A stretch of 64,000 bases of DNA from an uncultured Gemmatimonadales bacterium (GTDB lineage: Bacteria > Gemmatimonadota > Gemmatimonadetes > Gemmatimonadales > GWC2-71-9). The position numbers and the translations under genes are program-made. Positions 38,267 to 47,999 of the stretch are shown piece by piece. Under the pieces are notes generated by a model. It worked only from the letters and a program-made list of their open reading frames with translations. It had not been told where the DNA came from and did no database searches. The stretch is from contig CAWCFX010000006.1 in the NCBI GenBank assembly GCA_963795085.1, positions 544,001 to 608,000 on the forward strand, given 5' to 3'. Each line of letters begins with the position of its first letter. The stretch's first letter is position 1.

Positions 38267-40344
38267 TTGGAGAGCGAGGCGGTTTCCGGGAAGAGGTTCT
38301 CCACTGGCGTCTCTTCGACCATGACGTCGACCGAGGACGGCGTGGGCGAGGGCGCCACCGGCCGCCAGCGGCCCCGGAGTATGCTGGCCAGGGAGCCCAG
38401 CCCTTCCGCCACGGTGGTCCGCCGAATCTTCTCGGGTGAGAGCGGAAAGTAGTACACCGGGGTCTCGAACAACTCGGCCCGGCGTCTGAGCAGGCGACCC
38501 AGCACCACCTGATTGAAGTCGCGGCGCTGGTAATCCAGCGGCCCCTCCCGGAGAAACGTGGACCGCACCACGCGGACCCCCGAGAGCGTGTCCGAGATGT
38601 ACCGGCCGTACAGGAGCAGGTAGCTCGCGCTGAGCAGGTGGCTGCCGATATAGCTGATGGCCGCCTTGACGCTCCGGTGCCGGTACACCAGCCGGTATGC
38701 CGCGCTGATATCGTTCACCGACAGGCGGCGGCTTCCCCACACCGCGTCCAGCCTGCCGCCGGCGAGGTGCATCGCCAGGCTGACCATGTCCTCCCCCCGG
38801 TACATCCCGCTCGATTCGAACAGCATGACGTAGTCGAAGGAGGTATCCGCGGCGATCTGCGAGAAGGCCGCCGCGCTGCTGGCGCCCCGGGTCGCGAGGT
38901 TCCGCACCGGGAACGGCAGCGACTCGAGAAATTCCGGCGCGAGGTTCTCGTGGCATTCGTAGAAGACGGTGGCCGTGACGGGCAGGTCGCCGATGCCGGA
39001 CCGGACCATCTCCACGATCGACTCGGCGATCTTGTTGAGCGACTCGGCCTGGACCAGGAGGATGGCCACCCGCTGCCGCTCGCCCCGGCGAAGCAGCGAC
39101 CGGATGAAGGGCGTCAGCACCTTGGAGGCATCGTGGCGGCCGCTCACCCCTTCCTCGTAGTTGCCGATCCGCACCAGCCGGGGATCCTCCAGGCTCTCCA
39201 GGTGGCCGAGCGGAACGTAGGCGCCCGATTCCCGCCGGCCGGGCTCGTTCAGCAGGTAGTGGGTGATCAGCGCCGGGGTCGGCACCGCCAGCTGGTTCTT
39301 CCCCCGCAGGTAGAACAGCGCCTTGTTGATGAGGTCCACCGCGCTGTTGCCGAAGATCTCCGCGTCCTCGTGCAGGTTGGTGATCAGCACCTTGACCGCC
39401 GTGAGGTTCCGCGCGATGGCCCAGCCGATCCCGGGCGTCAGGTAGGACGGGAACAGGCTGGAATGCTGGGTACCCGGCGCATAGACGATGAGGTCGGCGG
39501 CGGCGATCTTTTCGAGCAGGCGCGGGTTGGGCTCCGGGATGACGCTCCGCTCGGCGAGGTACCGCTCCAGCGCGCCGGGGCCGGCATCCGCCAGCCGGGC
39601 CGCTTCCTCCTCCGTGGGCACCCGGTCCAGCAGGTAGATATCCCGCAGGTGCTGTGCGGTGTCCGAGGTGACGATGGCCTCCTCGGTCGCCAGCAGCCGG
39701 CCGTGCTGGTCCACCGCGACCAGGCAGGCATTGCGCCCATCGGTCACGTTCTCCACCAGGCCGGGCTCGAGGTTGAGCAGGGCGCAGTAGTCGTCCACCG
39801 CCGCATTGAAGTTCCGGGCCCGGTGGAGGAAACACCCGGCGAACACCAGGTTGCCGATGCTGCAGTCGCCGAAGCTGAACGGCCGGGACCGGGCCTCCAA
39901 CTCGAACCGGTCCAGCCGGGACGCCACCGCCTCCCGCACCGCGGGGTCCAGGCCCGCGGCGAGGCCGGCCATCGTGGCCTGGAAATCGTCGGACGGGGGC
40001 AGCGGCACCCGCAGCAGCTGGAAGCAGGCAATGGCCTCGGCGAGGCGGTAGCCGGATGGAAACCGGAGGTCGAGGATGGCGACCAGCCCGGGCGCGCAGG
40101 TCCTGAGCTTGACGGCGAGGCGGGAGGCGTTCTTCCGGAAGTCCGACGGACCCAGGGCGTCGCCCAGGAAACGGCGGACCTCCCCCGTGGACAGTCCGTC
40201 GTCGTAGCCGTTGATGGCCAGGGTCAGCGCTATTCGCGGGCTCTTGATCAGCTCGGAGGAGAGGACGCTGGATCCCCGCCCCCCGGTAAAGAGCACCACG
40301 CGAACCATGTCGTCGGCGGCAGTCACGGGGTCAGGCCGGGGCAC
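38263..40344 (-). CDS. CofD/YvcK (2-phospho-L-lactate transferase/UPF0052)-family domain fused to a GT2-like C-terminal domain
   Basis: VVLFTGGRGS, NGYDDGLSTG..R, GPSDFRK, SIGNLVFAG, ADLIVYAPG...SLFPS; C-terminus DAVWGSR, ISDTLSG, E.PV.Y. True start may be ATG 40308. Confidence 0.75.
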   Translation of the reverse strand: MPRPDPVTAADDMVRVVLFTGGRGSSVLSSELIKSPRIALTLAINGYDDGLSTGEVRRFLGDALGPSDFRKNASRLAVKLRTCAPGLVAILDLRFPSGYRLAEAIACFQLLRVPLPPSDDFQATMAGLAAGLDPAVREAVASRLDRFELEARSRPFSFGDCSIGNLVFAGCFLHRARNFNAAVDDYCALLNLEPGLVENVTDGRNACLVAVDQHGRLLATEEAIVTSDTAQHLRDIYLLDRVPTEEEAARLADAGPGALERYLAERSVIPEPNPRLLEKIAAADLIVYAPGTQHSSLFPSYLTPGIGWAIARNLTAVKVLITNLHEDAEIFGNSAVDLINKALFYLRGKNQLAVPTPALITHYLLNEPGRRESGAYVPLGHLESLEDPRLVRIGNYEEGVSGRHDASKVLTPFIRSLLRRGERQRVAILLVQAESLNKIAESIVEMVRSGIGDLPVTATVFYECHENLAPEFLESLPFPVRNLATRGASSAAAFSQIAADTSFDYVMLFESSGMYRGEDMVSLAMHLAGGRLDAVWGSRRLSVNDISAAYRLVYRHRSVKAAISYIGSHLLSASYLLLYGRYISDTLSGVRVVRSTFLREGPLDYQRRDFNQVVLGRLLRRRAELFETPVYYFPLSPEKIRRTTVAEGLGSLASILRGRWRPVAPSPTPSSVDVMVEETPVENLFPETASLSK

Positions 40345-41653
40345 CGGCGATGACCGGCGCGGGTATCGAAACGGCCGTTTGTCCCGGCCGGCGGGCGACC
40401 AGTCCGAAGAAGGCGGACTCGTGGAACCAGAGAAAGAGGAGGAACGCCAGGAGCGGCCCCGCCTTGACGATGCTCACCGCCAGGAGGGCCGCCGTAGAGG
40501 TCACCGGGACCAGGTCCCGAAACAACAGCACCAGCACCAGGTTCTGCAACCCTGCCAGCACGAAGATGGTCATGAGGTGGAGCCGGGCGGCCCCCGAGAG
40601 CCGGGAGCTGCCGGAGAGCAGAAAGGCAAGAGGGATAAAGAGCACCGCGAGGTAGTGCTCCCAGACCACCTGGGAAATCAGCAGGCAGAACGCAATCGCC
40701 GCCAGGTAGATAAACAGGCGCCGGGCGGCGGGGGCCCAGGCTTCCGCCCGGCTGCGCCACAGCAACCGCCCGACGGTTCCCACCACCACCACCTTGATCG
40801 CCAGCCGCAGCGCATCCGGAAACCAGCCGCCCGCCCGGGGAACCGGGATGGAGTCGGTGATGGGGCGGAAGGCGTCGGCAATGATGTACAGGGAACTGTT
40901 GAACGGCCACGGTGACGGCTTCCGGCTGCCGCGGCGCAACAGGTCGAGGAACTGCAGATGCAGGTCCAGACCGAACAGCGCCAGCGACAGCAGGCCGGCA
41001 ACCCCGGCCAGGGCTACCAGCGACACGAGGTAGCGCCGCCCCGAGAACAGGGCGAGGAACGCCGGAACGAAAACAAAGGCCGGCTTGACCAGGACAGCCA
41101 GCACCATGCAGAGAGCGGCCAGGACCATTCGCTCCCGCACGTAGGCCATCAGGCCCAGCACCAGGAGCAGGAAGACCACCGGAGTGGTCTGGCCGCCCAC
41201 CCGGTAGATCGTCCAGAAGGGCTGATAGAGCAGCACCAGGCCGGCAAAGACCACCAGGAACCACGAGGTCTCCGCCGGTGACTTCGCCGGAGGCTTGAAT
41301 TCGCGGTACAGGAGCACCAGGGCCGCGGCGTAGGCGAGGGTCCCGGCCAGCTTGAGGACGATCAGGGCGATGCCCGGCGGGAAAAGCGCCAGGGGCGCAT
41401 AGAACAGGGCCGAAATGGGCGCACCCCAGAACGCCATCTTGCCTTGCGGGGCGCTGCCGGCGATCGGGGTGTCGGGATTGTAAATATCGAGCAACTGGCC
41501 GTGGGCCGCCCGCCGCCCGGTATCGTAGAAGTTGGCGAAATCCCAGCCATGCCCTGCAGGCACCAGAATGGCCGCGGTCGCCATGACGAGCGCCGCGGCC
41601 AGGATCAGTCGAAACAGGGTTTGCTGCTTGGGGGCAGAGTCTGACAATGTCAC
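40331..41653 (-). CDS. GT87 (DUF2029) GT-C glycosyltransferase
   Basis: WDFANFY, P..ALFYAPLA, GQ, VKP, N.SL, VWEHY. Confidence 0.8.
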   Translation of the reverse strand: MTLSDSAPKQQTLFRLILAAALVMATAAILVPAGHGWDFANFYDTGRRAAHGQLLDIYNPDTPIAGSAPQGKMAFWGAPISALFYAPLALFPPGIALIVLKLAGTLAYAAALVLLYREFKPPAKSPAETSWFLVVFAGLVLLYQPFWTIYRVGGQTTPVVFLLLVLGLMAYVRERMVLAALCMVLAVLVKPAFVFVPAFLALFSGRRYLVSLVALAGVAGLLSLALFGLDLHLQFLDLLRRGSRKPSPWPFNSSLYIIADAFRPITDSIPVPRAGGWFPDALRLAIKVVVVGTVGRLLWRSRAEAWAPAARRLFIYLAAIAFCLLISQVVWEHYLAVLFIPLAFLLSGSSRLSGAARLHLMTIFVLAGLQNLVLVLLFRDLVPVTSTAALLAVSIVKAGPLLAFLLFLWFHESAFFGLVARRPGQTAVSIPAPVIAGAPA

Positions 41654-41683
41654 GTTGACGGCCCTTGATCAGCAGCCGGCGGG

Positions 41684-41851
41684 TCAGACTCCGTCAGCCG
41701 GCTTCCGCTTGAAAAGAGACCCGATCTTCCGGAAGAATCCCACGACGTGCCGCCAGAAAATGAGCAGCGCACCGCCGATCGCGCCGAGGATCGACGTCAG
41801 GGGGAGAATCTGGTCGGGACCAACGTACAGGAGATTGAGGAGGAGCAGCAT
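41684..41851 (-). CDS. Small single-TM protein (55 aa)
   Basis: MLLLLNLLYVGPDQILPLTSILGAIGGALLIFWRHVVGFFRKIGSLFKRKPADGV; GAAAGG upstream of ATG; hydrophobic segment followed by basic tail. Confidence 0.55.
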   Translation of the reverse strand: MLLLLNLLYVGPDQILPLTSILGAIGGALLIFWRHVVGFFRKIGSLFKRKPADGV

Positions 41852-42075
41852 CGGTAACCTTTCTGGGCGAAATGCCTGACGGACGGCGGTCTTCCAGTGC
41901 CGGACGCGGCGGTGATACAATCCTGATTCGTGACCGGTATTCCGGATGAAGAACCCTGCGGCAAAGCTCGGGAGCCCGCATGGGGAGGAGCAACCGGTAT
42001 GCCACCAATAACATAGCGGGAGGAGCAGCCCTCCCATCGACTGTTGCGATGATCCTACAGTTTCTGGGCTGACCC

Positions 42076-43488
42076 CTACACTGTCAGGGTGGGGGGACCG
42101 CCGCGCCGGAAGCGGATCCCCCCCGCCAGGGTCAGCAGACCAAGATACACCAGTCCTCCCACGGCCACTCCGGTCCAGAGACCGGTGAACCCCGATACGT
42201 AGAGTACCACCGCCATACCCGATCCCGCCAGCAAGGTCCGCCAGAGCCGGGAGAAGTGCGGGAACCCGAAGCCCTCAGCGCGGGCAAAGGCCAGCGCCAG
42301 GAGGGTCCGGAAGGACTCGGTTCCGAGGGTCGCCAGGGCCGCGCCCACCATACCGTAGCGGGGGATGACGAGGATATTGAGCAGGAGGTTGAGCATCGCG
42401 GACACGAAGGTGATCCGGAGCACCCGGTCCTGGCGGCCCGCCGCGATCAGGGCCATCTGCGGGACGTTGCGGTAAAAGGCGACCGGGACCGTCCAGATGA
42501 GAACCTGCAGCGCGGTGGTGGATGGATCATATCCCGGGCCGAAGACAAACCGGATGATGCCAGGGGCCAGGAGAAAGCCGCCTGCGGCGACCGGGAACGC
42601 CGCGGCGAAGACCTGGGCCATCGAGGTCTGGTACAGGGCCTTCTGCCGGACCGGCTCCGGGGCCAGCCGGGTCAGGGTAGGCAGCAGGCTCTGGCTGTAG
42701 GCAATGCCGAGGTTGAGCAGGAAGCTGATGAGGGTGTATGCTGCGACGTACTGTCCGACGTCGGCCGGGGTCCAGAACGCCCGCAGAAAGATCAGGTCGG
42801 AATTGTAGATCATCAGGCCCAGCAGCGCATGCAGGACCAGTGGAAAGGCCCGGCGCAGGACCGGCCCGGCGGCCGCCCGGTCCCAGCGGAGCGGAAGCGG
42901 AATGCCCCGCTGCCGGAGCCAGAAGGCCAGCAGCAGGACCATCAGCATGTCGCCGGTGAACTGGGCCAGCGGCACCCGGGCCAGGTCGCCGGCCGACCGG
43001 ACCATGAGGATGACCAGCAGCACCATGGTCGACTCGCCGGCGATGCGGGCCATGGCGACCCGGGGCGCGTCCTCGAGGCCGAGGTGGATCCACCGCGTGT
43101 TGGCGCCGACCCCGAGCAGCGTGAGGCCGTACACGGCCAGGACGGCGCCGTCGGGCTGGGGCAGGAACAGCAGGCCGGCGCCCGCGAGGAGCAGGACCAG
43201 CGCGGCGGCCACGCCGAGCCGCAGCGCCAGCACCGCGGGCGCGACGGTGCCGGCCCGGGTGTGGTCGGCGGCAATCTCCCGGACCCCCAGGGTCTCGATG
43301 CCGCAGTCGGCCATGTAGGTGAAGTAGAGCAGGACGGCGGTGGCCAGGCCGATAATCCCGTAGGCGCCCGGCCCCAGCGTCCGGGCCAGGTACACGGTGG
43401 CCGCGAACGCGATCAGCCGGGCGATGGCCTCGCCGGCGCCCAGCGCAAAGAAGTTCCGTTGAACAGTTTGTTCGTGACGATCGGTCAC
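42076..43488 (-). CDS. Wzx-type oligosaccharide flippase
   Basis: RNF, YLARTLGPGAYG, D.G....VREIA, VGQY.AA, LIPRYG-like VIPRYGMVGAALAT; about 12 TMs. Confidence 0.9.
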   Translation of the reverse strand: MTDRHEQTVQRNFFALGAGEAIARLIAFAATVYLARTLGPGAYGIIGLATAVLLYFTYMADCGIETLGVREIAADHTRAGTVAPAVLALRLGVAAALVLLLAGAGLLFLPQPDGAVLAVYGLTLLGVGANTRWIHLGLEDAPRVAMARIAGESTMVLLVILMVRSAGDLARVPLAQFTGDMLMVLLLAFWLRQRGIPLPLRWDRAAAGPVLRRAFPLVLHALLGLMIYNSDLIFLRAFWTPADVGQYVAAYTLISFLLNLGIAYSQSLLPTLTRLAPEPVRQKALYQTSMAQVFAAAFPVAAGGFLLAPGIIRFVFGPGYDPSTTALQVLIWTVPVAFYRNVPQMALIAAGRQDRVLRITFVSAMLNLLLNILVIPRYGMVGAALATLGTESFRTLLALAFARAEGFGFPHFSRLWRTLLAGSGMAVVLYVSGFTGLWTGVAVGGLVYLGLLTLAGGIRFRRGGPPTLTV

Positions 43489-43524
43489 GCGTCAGGATTC
43501 CGGTGGGGTCGGGGAAAGAATAAC

Positions 43525-44838
43525 ATGCCCAGGACAATCTTCCGAACTCTGTGGCTCGCCGCCACGGCCGGATGTTCGGCCGCCGGTCCGGCTGTCATCG
43601 CCGTGGACTCGGCCGTCACCTACCAGACGATCTCGGGTTGGGAGGCCTCCGAGTCGTTTGGGTGGACCCTGCCACCCGCGGCCATGGATTCGCTGATGGA
43701 CATGGCCGTGACCGACCTGGGGATCAACCGGCTCCGCCTGAGCATCCCGGGCAACATGATCGAATCGCTCGACTCGCTGACGGTGCCCGAAGAAACCAGC
43801 ATCGGCAGCAACGACAACGATGACCCCGCCGTGCTCAACCCGGACGGCTTCCGCTGGACCCTGTTCGACTACCTGGTACGGACCTTTGCCCTTCCCCTGC
43901 GGCAACGGGTGGAGGCCCGGGGAGAACCGTTCACCCTGGTCGCCTGCTACGTCGGGTTCCGCCCTACCTCTGAGTACCAGCAGCGGGACCCCCGCGAATA
44001 CGTAGAGCTGATGCTGGCGGTGCTCAACCACCTGCGGGACGAGTTCGGGCTGGTGCCCGATGTGTGGGAAGTGCGGCTGGAGCCGGACCATGGACGGACC
44101 CGGCTTACCGGCCGGGAGCAGGGAGAACTGCTGATCGCCGCGGCCACCGCGGCCCGGGCAGCGGGATATGACAGCCTGATGTTCCTGGTCCCGTCCACGG
44201 TGGTGCCCCACCGCGCGGTGCAATACCTCGACGGTATTCTCTCGGTGCCGGGGACCGCGCCGCTCATCCGGGAGGTGACGTACCACCGCTACTCGGATCC
44301 GCCCCGGGAGGTGCTCAACCAGATTCGCGACCGGGCCGCCGCGCTCGGCGCGCCCACTGCGATGCTGGAGTTCCTGCGCGGCACCGAGCATGATCTGTTC
44401 GAAGACCTCACCGAGGCCGACGTCACCGCATGGTCCCGGTTCTCGCTGGCGGGACCGTTCGGCGGCCCCGACCGCGGCGGCCAGTATTTCTTCGCGGATA
44501 CCGCGGCGGGGACTTTCCGCTACCGGTCCACTACCTGGCCCCTGCGGCAGTTTTTCCATTACATCAGGCCCGGCGCGGTGCGGCTGGGCGCGCGGGCCGG
44601 GAGGCGGGGAATCGAGCCGGTCGCATTTCGACGCCCCGATGGACGGATGGTCGTCGTCGCCAACCTGGACCGGGGGGGCCCGCTCCGGGTAACCGGCCTC
44701 CGACCCGATCGCTACCGGCTGAGCTACTCGACCGCCGGCGAGCCCGGGGCGCGGGGGGCCCTGGTCGCCGTAGCCGCGGGAGGAGTCGCGGACATCGCGC
44801 TCCCGGCCGCCGGTACGCTGACTCTCTCGCCGGAGTGA
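43525..44838 (+). CDS. Putative GH30-like glycoside hydrolase lipoprotein
   Basis: Lipobox-like ATAGC, YQTISGWEAS, LGINRLRL, LEPD (NEP position), YHRY, MLE, QFFHYIRPGAVR, AF.RPDG.VVV.N. Confidence 0.65.
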   Translation: MPRTIFRTLWLAATAGCSAAGPAVIAVDSAVTYQTISGWEASESFGWTLPPAAMDSLMDMAVTDLGINRLRLSIPGNMIESLDSLTVPEETSIGSNDNDDPAVLNPDGFRWTLFDYLVRTFALPLRQRVEARGEPFTLVACYVGFRPTSEYQQRDPREYVELMLAVLNHLRDEFGLVPDVWEVRLEPDHGRTRLTGREQGELLIAAATAARAAGYDSLMFLVPSTVVPHRAVQYLDGILSVPGTAPLIREVTYHRYSDPPREVLNQIRDRAAALGAPTAMLEFLRGTEHDLFEDLTEADVTAWSRFSLAGPFGGPDRGGQYFFADTAAGTFRYRSTTWPLRQFFHYIRPGAVRLGARAGRRGIEPVAFRRPDGRMVVVANLDRGGPLRVTGLRPDRYRLSYSTAGEPGARGALVAVAAGGVADIALPAAGTLTLSPE

Positions 44839-45944
44839 ACCACCGGGAGCGGCGAGGCCGCGAGGATCCCGGCGATCAGCTCGGCCACCCGGGCATTGGC
44901 CGCTTCGGTGATGTGGGAATCCCGGTCCACGAAAACGGTCTGGGTATCGCTGTCAAACAGGTCATAGGCCCTGAAGTAGGTGGCGCCCTCGTGGTGGGTC
45001 ATGACCGAGTCAATCGCGACGTAGCAGCGTCCGAAAATCTCCCCCTTCCCCAGCGTTTGTTCCCAGGGGGTGAGCCGCTTCCGGGTCGCGGCGTGGTGCG
45101 GCTGAAGCAGCCGGACGATTCGAACCCCGAAGGCCGCGCCCATTCCCTCCACCGCCTGGTGGGTGCGCCGGTAGTACTGCGCGATCGCGTCGCAGGCGGC
45201 GGCATCGTCACGGGCGGCTGGCTCCCGCGGGCGGGACGGGAGCAGCCGCTGCACCAGCTTCGAGTGCCGCCCCAGCCCGGCCAACTCACCCCAGAAGCCA
45301 CGTTTCCCCAGATCCAGCCGTCGCTGGGCAATCTCCTCCGCAAACGTATGGCCGGGCTCCCGGAAGCGAAGACCGGTGGCAATGTCGTTGTACCCGTCCA
45401 GGAAAACCGCCACATGAGGCACATTGCCATGGGCCAGCTCGACCAGGAGCCCGGTGGCCCCCTGTGTGGCGTTGTGTCCCGCCTGGGCGAGGTTGACGAC
45501 CTCGACATTCTGAATGCCGCGTTGCGCCAGTTGGCTGGCCAGCAGCGACGGGATCGTGAACGAGTCGCGCGCCGCGAAGCCCCACATGCTGCTGCCGCCC
45601 AGCATGAAGACCCGGAGCGCGGTGGCCCGGTCTTGCACAGTCGAAATCGTCAACCGGCGTCCGGCGGAGTCGATGTTGACGTAGGGGGATGTCAGCGGGG
45701 CCGGCCAGTGGCCGCGGTAACTGTCGAGGCGATAATCCACCCGCGCGACCCGGGCATCCAGTTCCGGGAACCACCGAAACCCGGCATATGGGTGCTGGGT
45801 GCTATCCCGTTCGGCGGCCGGCGACGGGCCGCCGCGGATGCCGGCCTGCAGCCGGTAGATTCCCTCCAGGGCGAGGAACAGCAGAATGGTGATCCCCACC
45901 ATCAACCATCCATCGCGGAAACCGTGGGCCACCTTGCGAAGCAT
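44724..45944 (-). CDS. SGNH/GDSL-family protein with N-terminal TM anchor
   Basis: ITILLFLALE, RVFMLGGSSMWG, VVNLAQAG, FLDGYND, LQP, FVDRDSH...N. Confidence 0.8.
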   Translation of the reverse strand: MLRKVAHGFRDGWLMVGITILLFLALEGIYRLQAGIRGGPSPAAERDSTQHPYAGFRWFPELDARVARVDYRLDSYRGHWPAPLTSPYVNIDSAGRRLTISTVQDRATALRVFMLGGSSMWGFAARDSFTIPSLLASQLAQRGIQNVEVVNLAQAGHNATQGATGLLVELAHGNVPHVAVFLDGYNDIATGLRFREPGHTFAEEIAQRRLDLGKRGFWGELAGLGRHSKLVQRLLPSRPREPAARDDAAACDAIAQYYRRTHQAVEGMGAAFGVRIVRLLQPHHAATRKRLTPWEQTLGKGEIFGRCYVAIDSVMTHHEGATYFRAYDLFDSDTQTVFVDRDSHITEAANARVAELIAGILAASPLPVVHSGERVSVPAAGSAMSATPPAATATRAPRAPGSPAVE

Positions 45945-46169
45945 TCTTCCCCCAGGTCTTGGCCGCCCTAAAGGGCAGCCAGAAGGCGATTCCCGCAAGG
46001 GTCCTCCGTAAGTGGGAGAGAGGTCGGGAACGGCCTGACCCTTGCAATAATTCCGCCGTCTGGACACACCCGATCGAACAAGCTATTGCCGTCACATAAC
46101 TTACCCCTGGGTTGAAATGCAACCGTGGGGTGCGTGCCACACCCGACCAACCGGGCGGGAAAGGAACCA

Positions 46170-47999
46170 TTGGCTGCCGACTCGCATTACCTGGGGATTT
46201 CGGCGTTCTACCACGACAGCGCCGCATGTCTCCTGACCAACGGCCGGATCGTGGCCGCGGCCCAGGAAGAACGGTTTACCCGCATCAAGGGTGATTCCGC
46301 CTTCCCGGCGCGGGCCGTCGAGTATTGCCTGGGCCAGGCCGGGATCGGCACCGCCGACCTGGCCTGCGTCGGATTCTACGACAAACCGCTGCTCAAGTTT
46401 GAGCGGATCCTGGAGACCTACCTGGGCGTCGCACCGCGCGGATTCGCATCCTTCCTCAAGGCGGGGCCGCTCTGGATGAAGGACAAGCTGTACATCGAGC
46501 GGCAGCTGCGCGACGCTCTGGACTACGAGGGCCTCCTGCTCTACGCCGAGCACCACGAGTCCCACGCCGCCAGCGCCTTCTTCCCGTCGCCCTTCCAGGA
46601 GGCGGCGATCCTCACCCTCGACGGGGTGGGCGAATGGGCGACCACCTCGCTCTGCCACGGCCGGGATCACGACATCGAAGTGCTCAAGGAGATTCACTGG
46701 CCCGACTCGCTGGGACTGCTCTACTCGGCATTCACCTATTACACCGGCTTCAAGGTGAACTCGGGGGAATACAAGGTCATGGGCCTGGCGCCGTACGGCG
46801 AGCCCCGCTACGTGGACCTGATCTTCCGGGAGCTGGTGGACCTCCGCGAGGACGGCTCCTTCGCGCTCAACCAGAAGTACTTCAACTACCTGAGCGGCCT
46901 CACCATGACCAACAGTGCGTTCGACGAACTGTTCGGCGGGCCGCCCCGGGAACCGGAGACCAATCTCACCCAGAAAGAGATGGACCTGGCCCGGTCGGTC
47001 CAGGCGGTGTGCGAGGAGATCATGCTGCGCCTGGCCCGTACCGCCCACCGGGAGACCGGGTCCGACAATCTCTGCCTGGCGGGCGGGGTGGCGCTCAACT
47101 GCGTGGGCAACGGCCGGATCCTGCGGGAGGGTCCGTTCAAGCGGATCTGGATCCAGCCGGCCGCCGGGGATGCCGGCGGCGCCCTGGGCGTGGCCCAGCT
47201 CGCCTGGCACCGCCATGCGGGCAAACCCCGCCTGCCCCACCCGGGCCGGGACGGCATGCAGGGCGCCTACCTCGGCCCCGCGTTCACGCCCGAGCAGATC
47301 CAGCGCTTCCTCGACTCCATCGGCGCCGGCTACCGCCGGCTGGACCGGCCCGCCCTCCTCCAGGAAACCGCGGCCCTGCTGGCCGACGAGAAGATCGTCG
47401 GCTGGTTCGACGGCCGCATGGAGTTCGGGCCCCGGGCCCTGGGCAGCCGCAGCATCCTGGGCGACCCGCGAAGCCCGCGGATGCAGGCCCAGATGAACAT
47501 CAAGATCAAGTTCCGCGAGGGCTTCCGGCCCTTCGCGCCCAGCGTCCTGGAAGACCGGGTGGGCGAGTACTTCGATCTCCACGCCGAGTCGCCGTACATG
47601 CTGCTGGTGGCCCCCATCTGCCGGGAGCGCCAGATTCCCATGACCGACCAGCACCGCAATCTCTGGGGCATCGAACAGCTCAACGTGGTCCGCTCCGACA
47701 TCCCCGCGGTGACCCATATCGATTATTCGGCCCGGGTCCAGACGGTGAGCCGGGAAACCAACCCCAATTACTACGACCTGATCGCCGAGTTCGACCGGCT
47801 GACCGGGTGCCCGGTGGTGGTGAACACCTCGTTTAACGTTCGCGGCGAACCGATCGTGTGTACCCCCGCCGACGCGTACCGCTGCTTCATGCGGACCCAT
47901 ATCGACAGCCTGGTGCTGTACCCGTTCCTGCTCGAAAAGAGCGCCCAACCCGAGTGGAAGGAGAGTGAGGATTGGCGCAGCCAGTTCCAGCTCGATTGA
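46170..47999 (+). CDS. O-carbamoyltransferase (NodU/CmcH/SxtI family)
   Basis: LGISAFYHDSAA, AQEERFTRIK, HHESHAASAF, DGVGE, GEYKVMGLAPYG, AGGVALNC, EFGPRALG.RS, KFREGFRPFAP, NTSFNVRGEPIV; TTG start after AAGGA. Confidence 0.95.
   Translation: MAADSHYLGISAFYHDSAACLLTNGRIVAAAQEERFTRIKGDSAFPARAVEYCLGQAGIGTADLACVGFYDKPLLKFERILETYLGVAPRGFASFLKAGPLWMKDKLYIERQLRDALDYEGLLLYAEHHESHAASAFFPSPFQEAAILTLDGVGEWATTSLCHGRDHDIEVLKEIHWPDSLGLLYSAFTYYTGFKVNSGEYKVMGLAPYGEPRYVDLIFRELVDLREDGSFALNQKYFNYLSGLTMTNSAFDELFGGPPREPETNLTQKEMDLARSVQAVCEEIMLRLARTAHRETGSDNLCLAGGVALNCVGNGRILREGPFKRIWIQPAAGDAGGALGVAQLAWHRHAGKPRLPHPGRDGMQGAYLGPAFTPEQIQRFLDSIGAGYRRLDRPALLQETAALLADEKIVGWFDGRMEFGPRALGSRSILGDPRSPRMQAQMNIKIKFREGFRPFAPSVLEDRVGEYFDLHAESPYMLLVAPICRERQIPMTDQHRNLWGIEQLNVVRSDIPAVTHIDYSARVQTVSRETNPNYYDLIAEFDRLTGCPVVVNTSFNVRGEPIVCTPADAYRCFMRTHIDSLVLYPFLLEKSAQPEWKESEDWRSQFQLD

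Noticed and set aside
38263..40344. Coenzyme F420 biosynthesis (cofD)
   Set aside because: No cofG/H/E genes; the domain is fused to GT2 inside a glycan operon and looks closer to the YvcK-like branch.
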